Source of the DNA: Clostridia bacterium
GTDB taxonomy: Bacteria; Bacillota; Clostridia; Oscillospirales; CAG-272
Assembly (NCBI GenBank): GCA_017621475.1
Contig: JAGATA010000002.1
Span: 14,625 to 78,624, forward strand
DNA: 64,000 bases
Direction: 5' to 3'
Below, piece by piece: positions 54,829-64,000 of the stretch. The position numbers were made by a program, and so were the translations under genes. The notes beneath the pieces are model-generated. The model saw nothing but the letters and a program-made list of their open reading frames with translations, was not told where the DNA came from and searched no databases. The stretch's first letter is position 1, and each line of letters begins with the position of its first letter.

Positions 54829-55407
54829 TCATTCGACAATGCCAAAGCGACCTGTAAGGCGCAAAATCACTCTGCCCATAACCTCATCTTCGCTTACAAA
54901 GCCGACTATTGCCATATTTCTGCTGTCTGTGGAACCGTTTCTGTTGTCACCCATTACAAAGAGGTAGCCTTCGGGAACGGTCAGCTCCTCCGGGCATCCG
55001 TCGCTGTCCATGGGGAACCAAGGCTGATAATTTACGTAATCCTCGGTAAGAAGCTCACCATCGACCCAAACCTTCCAGTTTTCAAAATCGAATTTTATCG
55101 TCTGACCGCCCTTGGCGATAATGCGCTTGACGATAGGACCTTTGAAAAATCCGTTCTGTTCCTGTACAACGACGATATCGCCCTGCGTGGGTTCATAAAA
55201 AAGATTAGATATTATAAGGTGTTCCCCATGCTTGAGCGTGGGATACATAGAGTCCCCGTCAACGGTGGTAAGCCTTGCCACAAAAGTAAATATAAAAAGA
55301 ACTATAGCAATGGAAAAAGCAACTACCTCTATCCAATCGTAAACGACAAAACGAGCAGGCTCTTTTTCCGGTCTATTCTCTTTTACGGAAACATTTTGTT
55401 CTTCCAT
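54829..55407 (-). CDS. lepB: Signal peptidase I
   Basis: GDSMYPTL (Ser), KRIIAKGGQ (Lys) and GDNRNGSTDSR boxes. Start trimmed to ATG 55407 after AAGAGG. Confidence 0.9.
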   Translation of the reverse strand: MEEQNVSVKENRPEKEPARFVVYDWIEVVAFSIAIVLFIFTFVARLTTVDGDSMYPTLKHGEHLIISNLFYEPTQGDIVVVQEQNGFFKGPIVKRIIAKGGQTIKFDFENWKVWVDGELLTEDYVNYQPWFPMDSDGCPEELTVPEGYLFVMGDNRNGSTDSRNMAIVGFVSEDEVMGRVILRLTGRFGIVE

Positions 55408-55423
55408 ATAAAAACCTCTTTTC

Positions 55424-56731
55424 TCAAAGTACCTTTTCCGCTTCCGCGAAAACATCGCACATTGCGGAATATGCAAACATTATAACAATAAAGCAAAGTA
55501 TGCTCTGCACCGCCCAAGCAAGAGAGAACCACGGAACGGAAAGCGTACAAAGAGTTAACAAAACGGCAAAAACGCGGCACATTTTGCAAAGCTTTGACGT
55601 TTTGCGGGCAAGAAATTCTCTTCGTTCGTCATCTATCTCCTGCCTGCGAAGGTCCGTATATTCGCGGTATCCCACGCAATCTTCAAGAAGATGCACCATC
55701 GTTTTTTCAGAATAAGCGAATATTTTTATAAGCAAAACGCAACCGCCCACGGAAAGAAGCGCAAACGGAACGTAGAGCTTTATAAAGCTCGGATGCTCAT
55801 ACGGGAAAAGCATGCTGCCAAGGTGCGCGCAGTAGTTCCACATAAAGATATACTGCAAAAGCATTACTGCGGCAAACGCGAGGGACGTATATTTCGCTTT
55901 TTTTATATTTTCCACATAACGAGCAGCGCAGGAAAAAGCGAAATACGCGCAAATACCAAAAGCGAATGTAGGCATAATATAATGAAAATCTATCGAAATT
56001 GAAAGCAAGAAAAAGAGAGAGGCAAAGAAAACGCGCCAGAAGTTTTTTGCGCTTCTTTTTATTGCACGCGATTCGTCGGGCAGAACCTCCGTATTGTATC
56101 TTTCTTCAAGATAAGCCACAAACGGCTTGTTGTTCTTTACCTCGGAAATTCCTTTCCACATAGAGGAAAGCCAAACTATGCCGAAAACGAGCGCGGCGGC
56201 GGCACAAAGTATTATAAGCATCGTACGGATAACACCCGTCAAGTCCACATCGCCGCCGGAGGTAACGTAGCCGTAATCCGTTTTGAGCGCGGTAAGCTCC
56301 GGGAGGAGCGCGCAAACGGAACGAACTACGAGGAAAATAGGCGTAATCTTTGCCGCGTCCTCTGCCTTTTTGGAAATACCGTTCGGCGCAAAGCGAAGCT
56401 CCAAGTATTCAAGTCCCTCGAAAAGCGCTTTGAATGCGGGAAGCACGAAGAAAAGCTCCAGCACAGCGAAAGAAAATACAAACACAAGTATGAGCGTATT
56501 ATCAAATTTTGCAATAAAGCCGAGAAGCATCACGCCGAACCTGCCAAGGGACACAGCGAGCGCGTGCGTCATTTTAATTTTTGCCTGTGAGAGCTTGTAT
56601 TCAATATCCGCCATCTTCGACATACCGCGAAGTATGAGCAGATAACCTATAAAATCGGGAAAAATATCTATTATATTGATAAACGGGTTGAAAAGAAAAA
56701 CAAGACCCGCAAGAATATATCCTATTCCCAT
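55424..56731 (-). CDS. Polytopic membrane protein of unknown function (about 10 TM spans)
   Basis: 435 aa. N-terminus MGIGYILAGLVFLFNPFINIIDIFPDFIGYLLILRGM. I recognise no family. Confidence 0.6.
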   Translation of the reverse strand: MGIGYILAGLVFLFNPFINIIDIFPDFIGYLLILRGMSKMADIEYKLSQAKIKMTHALAVSLGRFGVMLLGFIAKFDNTLILVFVFSFAVLELFFVLPAFKALFEGLEYLELRFAPNGISKKAEDAAKITPIFLVVRSVCALLPELTALKTDYGYVTSGGDVDLTGVIRTMLIILCAAAALVFGIVWLSSMWKGISEVKNNKPFVAYLEERYNTEVLPDESRAIKRSAKNFWRVFFASLFFLLSISIDFHYIMPTFAFGICAYFAFSCAARYVENIKKAKYTSLAFAAVMLLQYIFMWNYCAHLGSMLFPYEHPSFIKLYVPFALLSVGGCVLLIKIFAYSEKTMVHLLEDCVGYREYTDLRRQEIDDERREFLARKTSKLCKMCRVFAVLLTLCTLSVPWFSLAWAVQSILCFIVIMFAYSAMCDVFAEAEKVL

Positions 56732-56743
56732 AATGCCCCCTTT

Positions 56744-57406
56744 TTATTTTTTCTTTTTGTTATTCTTATTGTATTTTTGCGAGGAAGCGTTGCTTTTTTT
56801 GTTTTTTTCGTAGTAATCCAATGGAGATTTGAAATCGTGAACCTTTTTCTCCATATCCTCGTCGCCTTCAAGGCAAATTCGGGCATAGCATCTGAAAAGG
56901 AGTATCGCAGTAAGTACGGTCACAAGCAGAGAGAGCAAAAGTCCCGTGCCGTAAAGACGGGAAGCAAAATCTCCGAGCTTTTCCAGATTCAGCGTTATAT
57001 AGATCATTATAGCCTGTCCCGCAACAAGGAACATCGGAACGAGCATTATATTCGCATAAGACATTCTCATTATAGCGAAAAGCTCCGTATCTTTTGCAAC
57101 CGCCGCAACGGAGAGGAAAAGGAAAACGTAGAAGCATATCATATACGCCGTGTATGTAGAGTTTACTATATTCGTAGCGCCGGCGCTCAAAAGTTCAATA
57201 TCAAAGTAAGAGCAAATGCCAATCAGAGCCTTCACACCGGAGAAAGCGAAACCGAGCAAGCAGACCTTTTTAGTGTTGTCAAAACAGGTGCAATGCTTGC
57301 TTGCGGTATTTATTCCCGCATACATAAATAAAAATCCCAAAATGTTGAGTGTATCGAAAGCCCCCGTCAAAAGGAAGCATCCGAGGAACATAAAGCCAAA
57401 TCCCAT
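56744..57406 (-). CDS. Polytopic membrane protein of unknown function (about 6 TM spans) with Lys/Asn-rich tail
   Basis: 220 aa. N-terminus MGFGFMFLGCFLLTGAFDTLNILGFLFMYAGINTA resembles the downstream 435-aa protein. C-terminus is KKSNASSQKYNKNNKKKK. Confidence 0.6.
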   Translation of the reverse strand: MGFGFMFLGCFLLTGAFDTLNILGFLFMYAGINTASKHCTCFDNTKKVCLLGFAFSGVKALIGICSYFDIELLSAGATNIVNSTYTAYMICFYVFLFLSVAAVAKDTELFAIMRMSYANIMLVPMFLVAGQAIMIYITLNLEKLGDFASRLYGTGLLLSLLVTVLTAILLFRCYARICLEGDEDMEKKVHDFKSPLDYYEKNKKSNASSQKYNKNNKKKK

Positions 57407-57470
57407 ATAAACCTCGCAATGCGGAAAGCAGAGGGCGCACGCCCTCTCTTTCCGTTTATGTTATTTAAAA

Positions 57471-60203
57471 TCAGTTTTCTTCGCCGGAATTGTTAGCGCC
57501 GCAGCATTTTTTATATTTTTTGCCGGAGCCGCAGGGGCATGGATCGTTTCTGCCCACTTTTTCAGCCGCTTTTCTGACAACGGGTCGTTTTTTCGACGCC
57601 TCACCGCCGACAGCCGCTGCTGCCGCCACCTGCTGTTTTGCTACCTGAACGCGCTGTATTTGCTGTGCGGGACGGGAGAAAAGAACCATTCTCACCGTAT
57701 CCACGCGGATATCGGAGATCATACTGTCAAACATATCGCCTGCGGCAAGTCTGTACTCGTTAAGAGGATTTCTCTGCGCATATGCGGCAAGACCGATACC
57801 GCCGCGAAGGTCATCCATCGCATCGAGATGTTCCATCCAATGTCTGTCCACAGCGGTAAGAAGCGCAATGCGCTCAAGCTCGCGGATATGCTCGCCGAAC
57901 ACCTCCTGCTGTTTTGTGTAAACCTCGTGTGCGCGGGAAACAAGAAGCTCGCTTGCTTCCTCTGCCGTTGCCGTATCTTTCGCAAAATCATCGGGTGCGA
58001 TGATCCAGAAGAGATTTTTGCGAAGCGTGGGAACGGAGAATTCGCCTTTATCCGTATCAACGCTTGCGGCAATTCCGTCCGCAATAGCGCCGTCCATCAT
58101 CTTAACGATGGTTTCGCTGATGTCCTCGCCGTCAAGAACACGTCTGCGCTCGCCGTAGATAATGTTTCTCTGCTGGTTCATAACGTCGTCGTAATCGAGG
58201 ACGTTCTTACGTCTGTTAAAGTTTTCTCCTTCAAGACGTTTCTGTGCGTTTTCGATAGTACCCGAAAGTATCTTCGCGTCAATGGGCTGGTCGTCGGGAA
58301 GACCGAGGTGCTCTACCATACCCTGTATTCTTTCGCTTCCGAAAAGACGCAAAAGGTCGTCCTCAAGAGAGAGGAAGAATCGGCTTTCGCCGGGGTCGCC
58401 CTGACGTCCCGCACGTCCGCGGAGCTGGTTATCTATACGTCTGCTCTCGTGTCTTTCCGTACCGAGGATGAAAAGACCGCCCGCTTCCCTTACCTTTTCT
58501 GCTTCGGGAGCGATCTGCTCCTTGAATGCGGCAAGCTTTTCGCGGTAGATCTCGCGAGCTTCGCGCGTTTTTTCGTCTATATTTTCGGAAGCGCCCATAG
58601 CGCCGAAAATTTCTTCTTCGGAATAACCGAGCTTTTTAAGCTCGTTCTTTGCAAGGAACTCTGCGTTACCGCCGAGCATAATGTCCGTACCGCGTCCCGC
58701 CATATTCGTGGAGATGGTAACGGCGCCGTATTTGCCCGCCTGAGCAACTATTTCCGCTTCTTTTTCGTGGTACTTCGCGTTTAGCACATTGTGCTTAACG
58801 CCCGCACGGTTAAGGAGCTTCGACAAGAACTCGGATTTATCTACGGAAACAGTACCCACAAGCACAGGCTGTCCTTTTTCGTGGCACTCTTTTATCTGCG
58901 CGATGATGGCCTCGTACTTGCCTTTTTCGTTTTTGTAAACAACATCGTTTCTGTCGTTGCGGATCATAGGTCTGTTCGTTGGAACTTCCACAACGTCAAG
59001 ACTGTATATTTCGCGGAATTCTTCTTCCTCCGTAAGCGCCGTACCCGTCATGCCCGAAAGCTTTTTGTAAAGGCGGAAAAAGTTCTGGAAGGTGATAGTC
59101 GCCTGCGTTTGGTTTTCGTTTTCGATCTTCACGCGCTCCTTGGCTTCAATAGCCTGGTGAAGCCCGTCGGAGAAGCATCTGCCGGGCATAATACGTCCCG
59201 TAAAGCTGTCGACGATAAGCACCTTGCCGTCCATAACGACATAATCCACGTCGAGCTTCATAACACCGTGCGCGTGGAGCGCCTGGTTCACATAATGGTT
59301 AAGGTCCGTATTTTCAAGGTCCGCATAGTTTTCTATACCGAAAAAAGCTTCCGCTTTCGCAATACCGTGCTTTGTAAGGGTTGCGCGCTTTGCTTTTTCG
59401 TCAACGATATAATCCTGCGTTACTTCCTCGTAATCGGATTTTGTATCTTTTTCCTTTATGCGAAGACCCTTGAGCGTGCGAACAAAAGCGTCTGCCTTAC
59501 CATACATCTCGTCGCTTGCGTTGCCGGGGCCGGAAATGATAAGCGGAGTTCTTGCTTCATCCACGAGAATGGAGTCCACTTCATCGACGATGGCAAAGTT
59601 ATGGCCGCGCTGAACTATTCTGTCCTTGTAGATGACCATATTGTCGCGCAGATAGTCGAAGCCTATCTCGTTATTGGTGCCGTATGTTATATCGCAAGCG
59701 TAAGCCGCTTTTTTCTCCGCAGAGGTCTGACCGTGAACGATAAGACCTGTCGTAAGACCGAGAAAAGCGTAAACCTTACCCATTTCCTCGCTGTCGCGGC
59801 GCGCAAGGTAATCGTTCACGGTAACGACGTGAACGCCCGCGCCCGAAAGCGCGTTAAGGTATGCGGGCATAGTTGCAACGAGTGTCTTACCTTCACCCGT
59901 TTTCATTTCCGCAATTCTACCTTGATGGAGTATGATGCCGCCCATTATCTGCACACGGAAGGGGCGTTTGCCAAGCACGCGCGCCGCCGTTTCGCGCACT
60001 GTGGCAAATGCTTCGGGAAGAATATCGTCAAGCGTTTCCCCGCCTGCAAGTCTTTCCTTGAATTCAGGTGTTTTTGCGGCAAGCTCGCTGTCGCTCATTC
60101 TTGTAAATGTATCTGCAAGAGCCTCTATCTTATTTACGATGGGATCGATCTTTTTTATCTGCTTTGAACTGTATGTTCCGAAAATTTTTTCGATTAAAGA
60201 CAT
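57471..60203 (-). CDS. secA: Preprotein translocase ATPase SecA
   Basis: 910 aa. Has [11 protein letters not shown] (Walker A), [19 protein letters not shown], and a C-terminal zinc motif [14 protein letters not shown]. Confidence 0.97.
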   Translation of the reverse strand: MSLIEKIFGTYSSKQIKKIDPIVNKIEALADTFTRMSDSELAAKTPEFKERLAGGETLDDILPEAFATVRETAARVLGKRPFRVQIMGGIILHQGRIAEMKTGEGKTLVATMPAYLNALSGAGVHVVTVNDYLARRDSEEMGKVYAFLGLTTGLIVHGQTSAEKKAAYACDITYGTNNEIGFDYLRDNMVIYKDRIVQRGHNFAIVDEVDSILVDEARTPLIISGPGNASDEMYGKADAFVRTLKGLRIKEKDTKSDYEEVTQDYIVDEKAKRATLTKHGIAKAEAFFGIENYADLENTDLNHYVNQALHAHGVMKLDVDYVVMDGKVLIVDSFTGRIMPGRCFSDGLHQAIEAKERVKIENENQTQATITFQNFFRLYKKLSGMTGTALTEEEEFREIYSLDVVEVPTNRPMIRNDRNDVVYKNEKGKYEAIIAQIKECHEKGQPVLVGTVSVDKSEFLSKLLNRAGVKHNVLNAKYHEKEAEIVAQAGKYGAVTISTNMAGRGTDIMLGGNAEFLAKNELKKLGYSEEEIFGAMGASENIDEKTREAREIYREKLAAFKEQIAPEAEKVREAGGLFILGTERHESRRIDNQLRGRAGRQGDPGESRFFLSLEDDLLRLFGSERIQGMVEHLGLPDDQPIDAKILSGTIENAQKRLEGENFNRRKNVLDYDDVMNQQRNIIYGERRRVLDGEDISETIVKMMDGAIADGIAASVDTDKGEFSVPTLRKNLFWIIAPDDFAKDTATAEEASELLVSRAHEVYTKQQEVFGEHIRELERIALLTAVDRHWMEHLDAMDDLRGGIGLAAYAQRNPLNEYRLAAGDMFDSMISDIRVDTVRMVLFSRPAQQIQRVQVAKQQVAAAAAVGGEASKKRPVVRKAAEKVGRNDPCPCGSGKKYKKCCGANNSGEEN

Positions 60204-60334
60204 ACTACCTCCGAAAATTTATAAATGTATTTATAAATGTATATTTTAAAATTAAATACGTATTATATTTATTATACTATAAAATCAGCAATAAAACTAT
60301 AACAATTTGTAAATAAATTATATTTTTTTAAAAA

Positions 60335-60847
60335 TCAAGAGTTGTGCTCGCAAATGTTTTTTGCTATTTTTTCTCCGTCGCATTTAAGATGCACGAAATC
60401 ACGTTGGCGCATAGCCTCATAAACAGCGATAGCGACCGTGTTGGAAAGATTAAGCGAACGGCTTCCCTCTCTCATCGGCATACGAAGTGAACGTTCAAAT
60501 CTTTCTTCAAGAAGGTCTTCGGGCAAGCCTTTCGTCTCCTTTCCGAAAACGAGGAAAACACGCTGTGCATATTCTACCTCGGAATAAACGTGGCTTGCTT
60601 TTTTGGAAAAGAACCACATCTGCTCGTCCTTGTTTTTTTCAAGGAACTCAGCGAGGTTTTCGTAATAATATATTTCAAGCTCGTTCCAATAATCAAGGCC
60701 CGCACGTTTCATTTTTTTATCATCTATTTCAAAGCCGAGCGGCTTTACAAGGTGGAGCGCCGCACCCGTAACGGAACAAGTGCGCGCAATATTACCCGTA
60801 TTCTGCGGTATTTCCGGCTCGACAAGAACTATATTTATATCTGCCAT
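60335..60847 (-). CDS. trmL: tRNA (cytidine/uridine-2-prime-O)-methyltransferase TrmL (SpoU/TrmH family)
   Basis: INIVLVEPEIPQNTGNIARTC, FGKETKGLPE and SLNLSNTVAIAVYE motifs. Start trimmed to 60847. Confidence 0.88.
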   Translation of the reverse strand: MADINIVLVEPEIPQNTGNIARTCSVTGAALHLVKPLGFEIDDKKMKRAGLDYWNELEIYYYENLAEFLEKNKDEQMWFFSKKASHVYSEVEYAQRVFLVFGKETKGLPEDLLEERFERSLRMPMREGSRSLNLSNTVAIAVYEAMRQRDFVHLKCDGEKIAKNICEHNS

Positions 60848-61002
60848 AAAATTTCTCCCAAAAAGATACACTATAAATTTAATTATACCTTATATAAACT
60901 CAAAAATCAAGTTTTACCGAATAATGCAGATTTTTTGCGGTTTATTTTTTTCCTCTTTGCAAAAACTTTATATACAAATTTTTTTCAAGAAAGGACTTAC
61001 TA

Positions 61003-61767
61003 ATGAAAAACAAAGCAAAAAAATTACTTTTTCCCTTGCTTGCACTCGCTGTTTTCGCTTTTTCCGTATGCGTGCAGGCAGCAGGCGCATATAACTGGTA
61101 CTGCAAACGCGCTAAAGACCACGCACGCCCCGCCGCGGAAAGCTCTCTTTCCTTCATTTTTGAAAACGGAGGCGCGTATATAGGCAAAGACCCGGAGGAA
61201 AAGGTCATCTACCTTACCTTTGACGCGGGTTACGAAAACGGAAACATCGCAAAAATTCTCGATGTTTTAAAGGCGCATAACGCACACGGCGCGTTCTTCG
61301 TGCTTGAAAACATCATCACGCGAAACACGGACCTTGTAAAACGTATGGCGGCGGAGGGGCACCTTGTCTGCAACCACACCGCGCGCCACAAGGATATGAC
61401 GAAGATGAACGACGCTGATTTTCGCGCAGAGCTTACAAGGCTTGAAGATATTCTTCGCGAAAGAGCAGGGGTGGAATGTGCAAAATTCTACCGCCCGCCT
61501 GAAGGACGATTCAGCGAAGCAAACCTTAAGACCGCCTGCGATATGGGGTATAAAACGGTTTTCTGGAGCCTTGCCTACGCGGATTGGGATAACGATAAAC
61601 AGCCCGACCCCGAAAAAGCAAAGCAGCTCCTTCTTGCCAACACCCATAACGGCGCGGTCATCCTGCTTCATCCCACATCAAAAACAAACGCCGATATACT
61701 TGATGCTCTCCTTACGGAATGGGAAAGCCAAGGCTATCGCTTCGGCACGCTCGATGAGCTTTTTTAA
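61003..61767 (+). CDS. pdaA: Polysaccharide deacetylase, PdaA-like (spore cortex delta-lactam type)
   Basis: Signal peptide. YNWYCKRAKDHARP...YLTFDAGYENGNIAKILDVLK...CNHTARH resembles PdaA-type NodB proteins. The specific delta-lactam role is inference. Confidence 0.7.
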   Translation: MKNKAKKLLFPLLALAVFAFSVCVQAAGAYNWYCKRAKDHARPAAESSLSFIFENGGAYIGKDPEEKVIYLTFDAGYENGNIAKILDVLKAHNAHGAFFVLENIITRNTDLVKRMAAEGHLVCNHTARHKDMTKMNDADFRAELTRLEDILRERAGVECAKFYRPPEGRFSEANLKTACDMGYKTVFWSLAYADWDNDKQPDPEKAKQLLLANTHNGAVILLHPTSKTNADILDALLTEWESQGYRFGTLDELF

Positions 61768-61776
61768 ATAAAAAAT

Positions 61777-62463
61777 ATGAAGAAGATAATATCGTCTTTT
61801 TTAGCTTTAATTCTTTTCTCCGTGAATGTTTTTGCCGCGGCACCTCCTATGAAGGACGGCGTTGTCTTTTCCGGCACGACAGCCTGCGGCAAAAAGATAG
61901 CGCTCACCTTTGATGACGGCCCGCACCCGCGCAAAACCCCCGAAATTCTCGATATACTCGATAAATACGGCATAAAGGCAACGTTTTTCGTCGTCGGCAC
62001 AAATGCGGAATATTACCCGCACCTTATAAAAGAGGAAGCGGAGCGTGGCCACGAAATAGCAAATCATTCCTACTCTCACTCACGCCTTTCGGAATTTACC
62101 GAAGAACAGATAAAAGAGGAAATAGAGCGCACGGACGCTCTTATCAGAAAAGCATCCGGCGTAACTCCAACGCTTTTCCGCCCGCCTGAAGGCAAATATT
62201 CGGAAAATATAGTGAAAATTGCAACAGCAATGGGCAAAAGCACGGTCATATGGACGGTTGATACGCTAGATTGGGCAAAGACCCCTGCGGATGTCATTGC
62301 GGAAAACATCAAAAACAATGTCACCTACGGTAGCATCATCCTTTTCCATGATTTTACCTCAAAGCAGGCGCACACAACGGAAGCGCTTGAAATAATAATC
62401 CCCTATCTCCAAACGCAAGGATATGAATTTGTAACAGTTTCCGAGCTGATAAAGGGGATGTAA
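61777..62463 (+). CDS. Secreted polysaccharide (peptidoglycan GlcNAc/MurNAc) deacetylase, NodB family
   Basis: Signal peptide. Has LTFDDGPHP, HEIANHSYSH and LFRPPEG motifs. Confidence 0.85.
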   Translation: MKKIISSFLALILFSVNVFAAAPPMKDGVVFSGTTACGKKIALTFDDGPHPRKTPEILDILDKYGIKATFFVVGTNAEYYPHLIKEEAERGHEIANHSYSHSRLSEFTEEQIKEEIERTDALIRKASGVTPTLFRPPEGKYSENIVKIATAMGKSTVIWTVDTLDWAKTPADVIAENIKNNVTYGSIILFHDFTSKQAHTTEALEIIIPYLQTQGYEFVTVSELIKGM

Positions 62464-62465
62464 TA

Positions 62466-62498
62466 AAGAAAAAGGTGTAAAAAATACACCTTTTTCTT
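62466..62498. terminator. Bidirectional intrinsic terminator
   Basis: AAGAAAAAGGTGTA-AAAAA-TACACCTTTTTCTT. Confidence 0.8.
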
Positions 62499-62510
62499 GT
62501 CTTTATAAAG

Positions 62511-63422
62511 TCACTCTTGCTCTCGCAAAACGATAAACAGTTCGCTTATGGCTCTTGTGAGCTTGCCGTCCATAAGCACCTCGGCAGTAGAGTTTACTCT
62601 CACTCCGAATTTTCCGTTTATCTTTTCCAATTTCTGCGAAGAAATTTTGATATTGTTTATATTTGCAACGTCCACGCCGCAAAGAACCGAAAGCCTGTTT
62701 TTTATCAAGCTTTCTTTTTCTTCATCACTCATATTGACTCTTGTGCTTCTTGTTATATAGGACGGCGCGGAATTATCCGCTATAGCACTGATTGTTCCAT
62801 CCTCGTAAAGAGATGCTCTGGCAAAACCCGTTCTGTAATCTCCAAGCATACTGTACCAAACAATAAGGTATCTGCTTCCGTTAAAGGAAACCTCTACCTT
62901 GGTAGTTCCTTTGGGAAATTTATCAAAATCTATCAAGCCGTCTATTGCTTCTTCAACAGCATCAACAAGCTCTTCCTCCGTTCTTTCCAAAGACATATCT
63001 ATCCTTGCAGCAATATCTGTGAAAAACACCACCTTACCATCCTGAACCTTGAGAATACTTCCTTCTCGTTCTCCGTTAAGGATATCATATTGGTCTCTTT
63101 GCATTTCTCCGCCGTAATATGAATACGTTTCAACGTATTTAAGCTGATACGTTTTTCCCAAGACGGTAACGGATTCCACGGGGACAAGATCCGTCTTTAC
63201 GTATATTTCCGTTTCATCGTCTATCTCCTTTTCAAAATGGATATGCCCCTGAAAGCCCGAAAGATAATTGTCGCCAAAGCTCAATACCTCGCCCGTAGGA
63301 GAGTAATCCGTATATTCAATATTTTCTTCCTGCGTTGCAGTCGTTTCGCTTATCCCCGCATTGCCGCAGGACGTCATAAACAGTACCGAAAGTGCAAGCA
63401 TTAAAGTTAAAAGTTTCTTCAT
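62511..63422 (-). CDS. Lipoprotein of unknown function
   Basis: Lipobox FMTSC|GN. 303 aa. I recognise no family. Confidence 0.6.
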   Translation of the reverse strand: MKKLLTLMLALSVLFMTSCGNAGISETTATQEENIEYTDYSPTGEVLSFGDNYLSGFQGHIHFEKEIDDETEIYVKTDLVPVESVTVLGKTYQLKYVETYSYYGGEMQRDQYDILNGEREGSILKVQDGKVVFFTDIAARIDMSLERTEEELVDAVEEAIDGLIDFDKFPKGTTKVEVSFNGSRYLIVWYSMLGDYRTGFARASLYEDGTISAIADNSAPSYITRSTRVNMSDEEKESLIKNRLSVLCGVDVANINNIKISSQKLEKINGKFGVRVNSTAEVLMDGKLTRAISELFIVLREQE

Positions 63423-63467
63423 ACGTTACTCTCCTCCAAGAGGCATATTTAATAATGATTATAACAT

Positions 63468-63500
63468 AAAATCCGCAAAAGAACAAGTCCTTGCGGATTT
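63468..63500 (-). terminator. Hairpin/terminator after the holin-like gene
   Basis: AAAATCCGCAA-N12-TTGCGGATTT with a short T-tract on the minus strand. Confidence 0.45.
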
Positions 63501-63530
63501 ACGTAATATCCGATATATTTATTCGGTCTT

Positions 63531-63830
63531 TTACTCACCCAGATATTCTTTCATTTTGGAAACGGCGGTCTCTATCATTTGGGAAAGCTCCCTCTCGGTG
63601 ATAAGAAAGCGTGCCGCTGTGGGTATTCGCTCATAAACGGCGGCAACGACAGAGGCATATTTTATCTCTCCCGTGCCGCCGCCCCATTCCTCCTCCGCCC
63701 TTGAAACAAGGTAGAGAAGTACGGCGCGTATCTGCTTCTTTGAGCCGAATCGCAAAAGCAATACAAGCCCCAAAACAAGTGCCAAAATAAAAATTATCGT
63801 GTGAATGTTATATAATAAAAACTCCTTCAT
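63531..63830 (-). CDS. Small membrane protein resembling LL-H family phage holins (Phage_holin_6_1-like)
   Basis: 99 aa with one N-terminal TM span. Then GGGTGEIKYASVVAAVYERIP...ITERELSQMIETAVSKMKE, similar in layout to LL-H holin family members as I recall them. Confidence 0.5.
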   Translation of the reverse strand: MKEFLLYNIHTIIFILALVLGLVLLLRFGSKKQIRAVLLYLVSRAEEEWGGGTGEIKYASVVAAVYERIPTAARFLITERELSQMIETAVSKMKEYLGE

Positions 63831-63878
63831 AAAAACGCTCCGCCCAAAGCAAAAGGCGGAGTCCCTCCTTTCGCTTTT

Positions 63879-64000
63879 TCAGATAGACGAAAATATGCAC
63901 GTGACAAGCGCACCGATGACCGCGCTCGCGATAGCGGTCATAACGGCGCTGAAGACAGCGCTCTGCCTTGCGCGCGGCAGTTTTTCTATTTCCGAAAGGC
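63879..64000 (-). CDS. 3-prime end of a CDS truncated by the window edge (C-terminal TM segment)
   Basis: The minus-strand frame is open from the window edge: ...LSEIEKLPRARQSAVFSAVMTAIASAVIGALVTCIFSSI, then TGA at 63879-63881. Confidence 0.4.
   Translation of the reverse strand, partial: LSEIEKLPRARQSAVFSAVMTAIASAVIGALVTCIFSSI

Noticed and set aside
60218-60241. A tandem 12-bp duplication (TTTATAAATGTA twice) lies immediately upstream of the secA RBS.
   Set aside because: There are only two copies in very AT-rich promoter DNA, with no further periodicity. It is most simply a local duplication or overlapping -10-like hexamers, and there is not enough evidence to call a regulatory site.
1-64000. 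I looked for CRISPR arrays, tRNA/rRNA genes, IS elements, integrases, toxin-antitoxin pairs and known defence systems.
   Set aside because: I found no regularly spaced direct repeats, no tRNA-like GTTCGAAT/cloverleaf segments in the intergenic regions inspected, and no transposase, integrase, nuclease or helicase-type ORFs. The scan was by eye, and a tRNAscan/cmscan run would be needed for certainty.

Overview
This is a chromosomal segment from an anaerobic Firmicute of class Clostridia. Gene content (rnf, spore-cortex pdaA, GH36/GH43) suggests a spore-forming Oscillospiraceae/Ruminococcaceae-like organism, but that is inference only. About 62 protein genes are densely packed. I saw no rRNA, tRNA, CRISPR array, transposase or integrase.

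Landmarks in order:
- DUF975, a NodB deacetylase, galE, an XRE-HTH/TPR regulator, htpG
- GH36 alpha-galactosidase plus a PnuC-like transporter, and an ADP-ribosylglycohydrolase
- a PadR-DUF1700-DUF4097 triad and a HAD-IIA hydrolase
- a lysine-riboswitch-controlled dapA-dapB-lysA-lysC operon
- an rRNA methyltransferase and wecB
- a 10-gene Mrp/Mbh-type cation:proton antiporter cluster with four antiporter-like subunits, transcribed back-to-back with rnfCDGEAB (RnfG carries two FMN-binding modules)
- a NusG-domain-II/Gx-transporter pair, a large metallophosphoesterase lipoprotein and an anion permease
- an internally duplicated FMN_bind-like lipoprotein next to a lipoprotein ApbE flavin transferase
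- GH43, flotillin, a small AT-rich two-gene cassette, and a frameshifted PstS-like binding protein
- clpX-clpP-tig, a metallophosphoesterase, DUF1540, yraN-rnhB-ylqF-lepB
- two unknown paralogous membrane proteins, secA, trmL, two more NodB deacetylases, a lipoprotein and an LL-H-type holin-like gene

The most interesting material is the 20.6-42.5 kb ion-cycling and flavinylation neighbourhood (Mrp x4 pumps, Rnf, NusG-II/Gx, PplA-like lipoprotein with a GCT motif, ApbE). Also notable are several candidate cis-regulatory leaders and a family of short palindromic intergenic repeats. The ORF track uses alternative start codons, so several starts were trimmed to the ATG that has a Shine-Dalgarno sequence.
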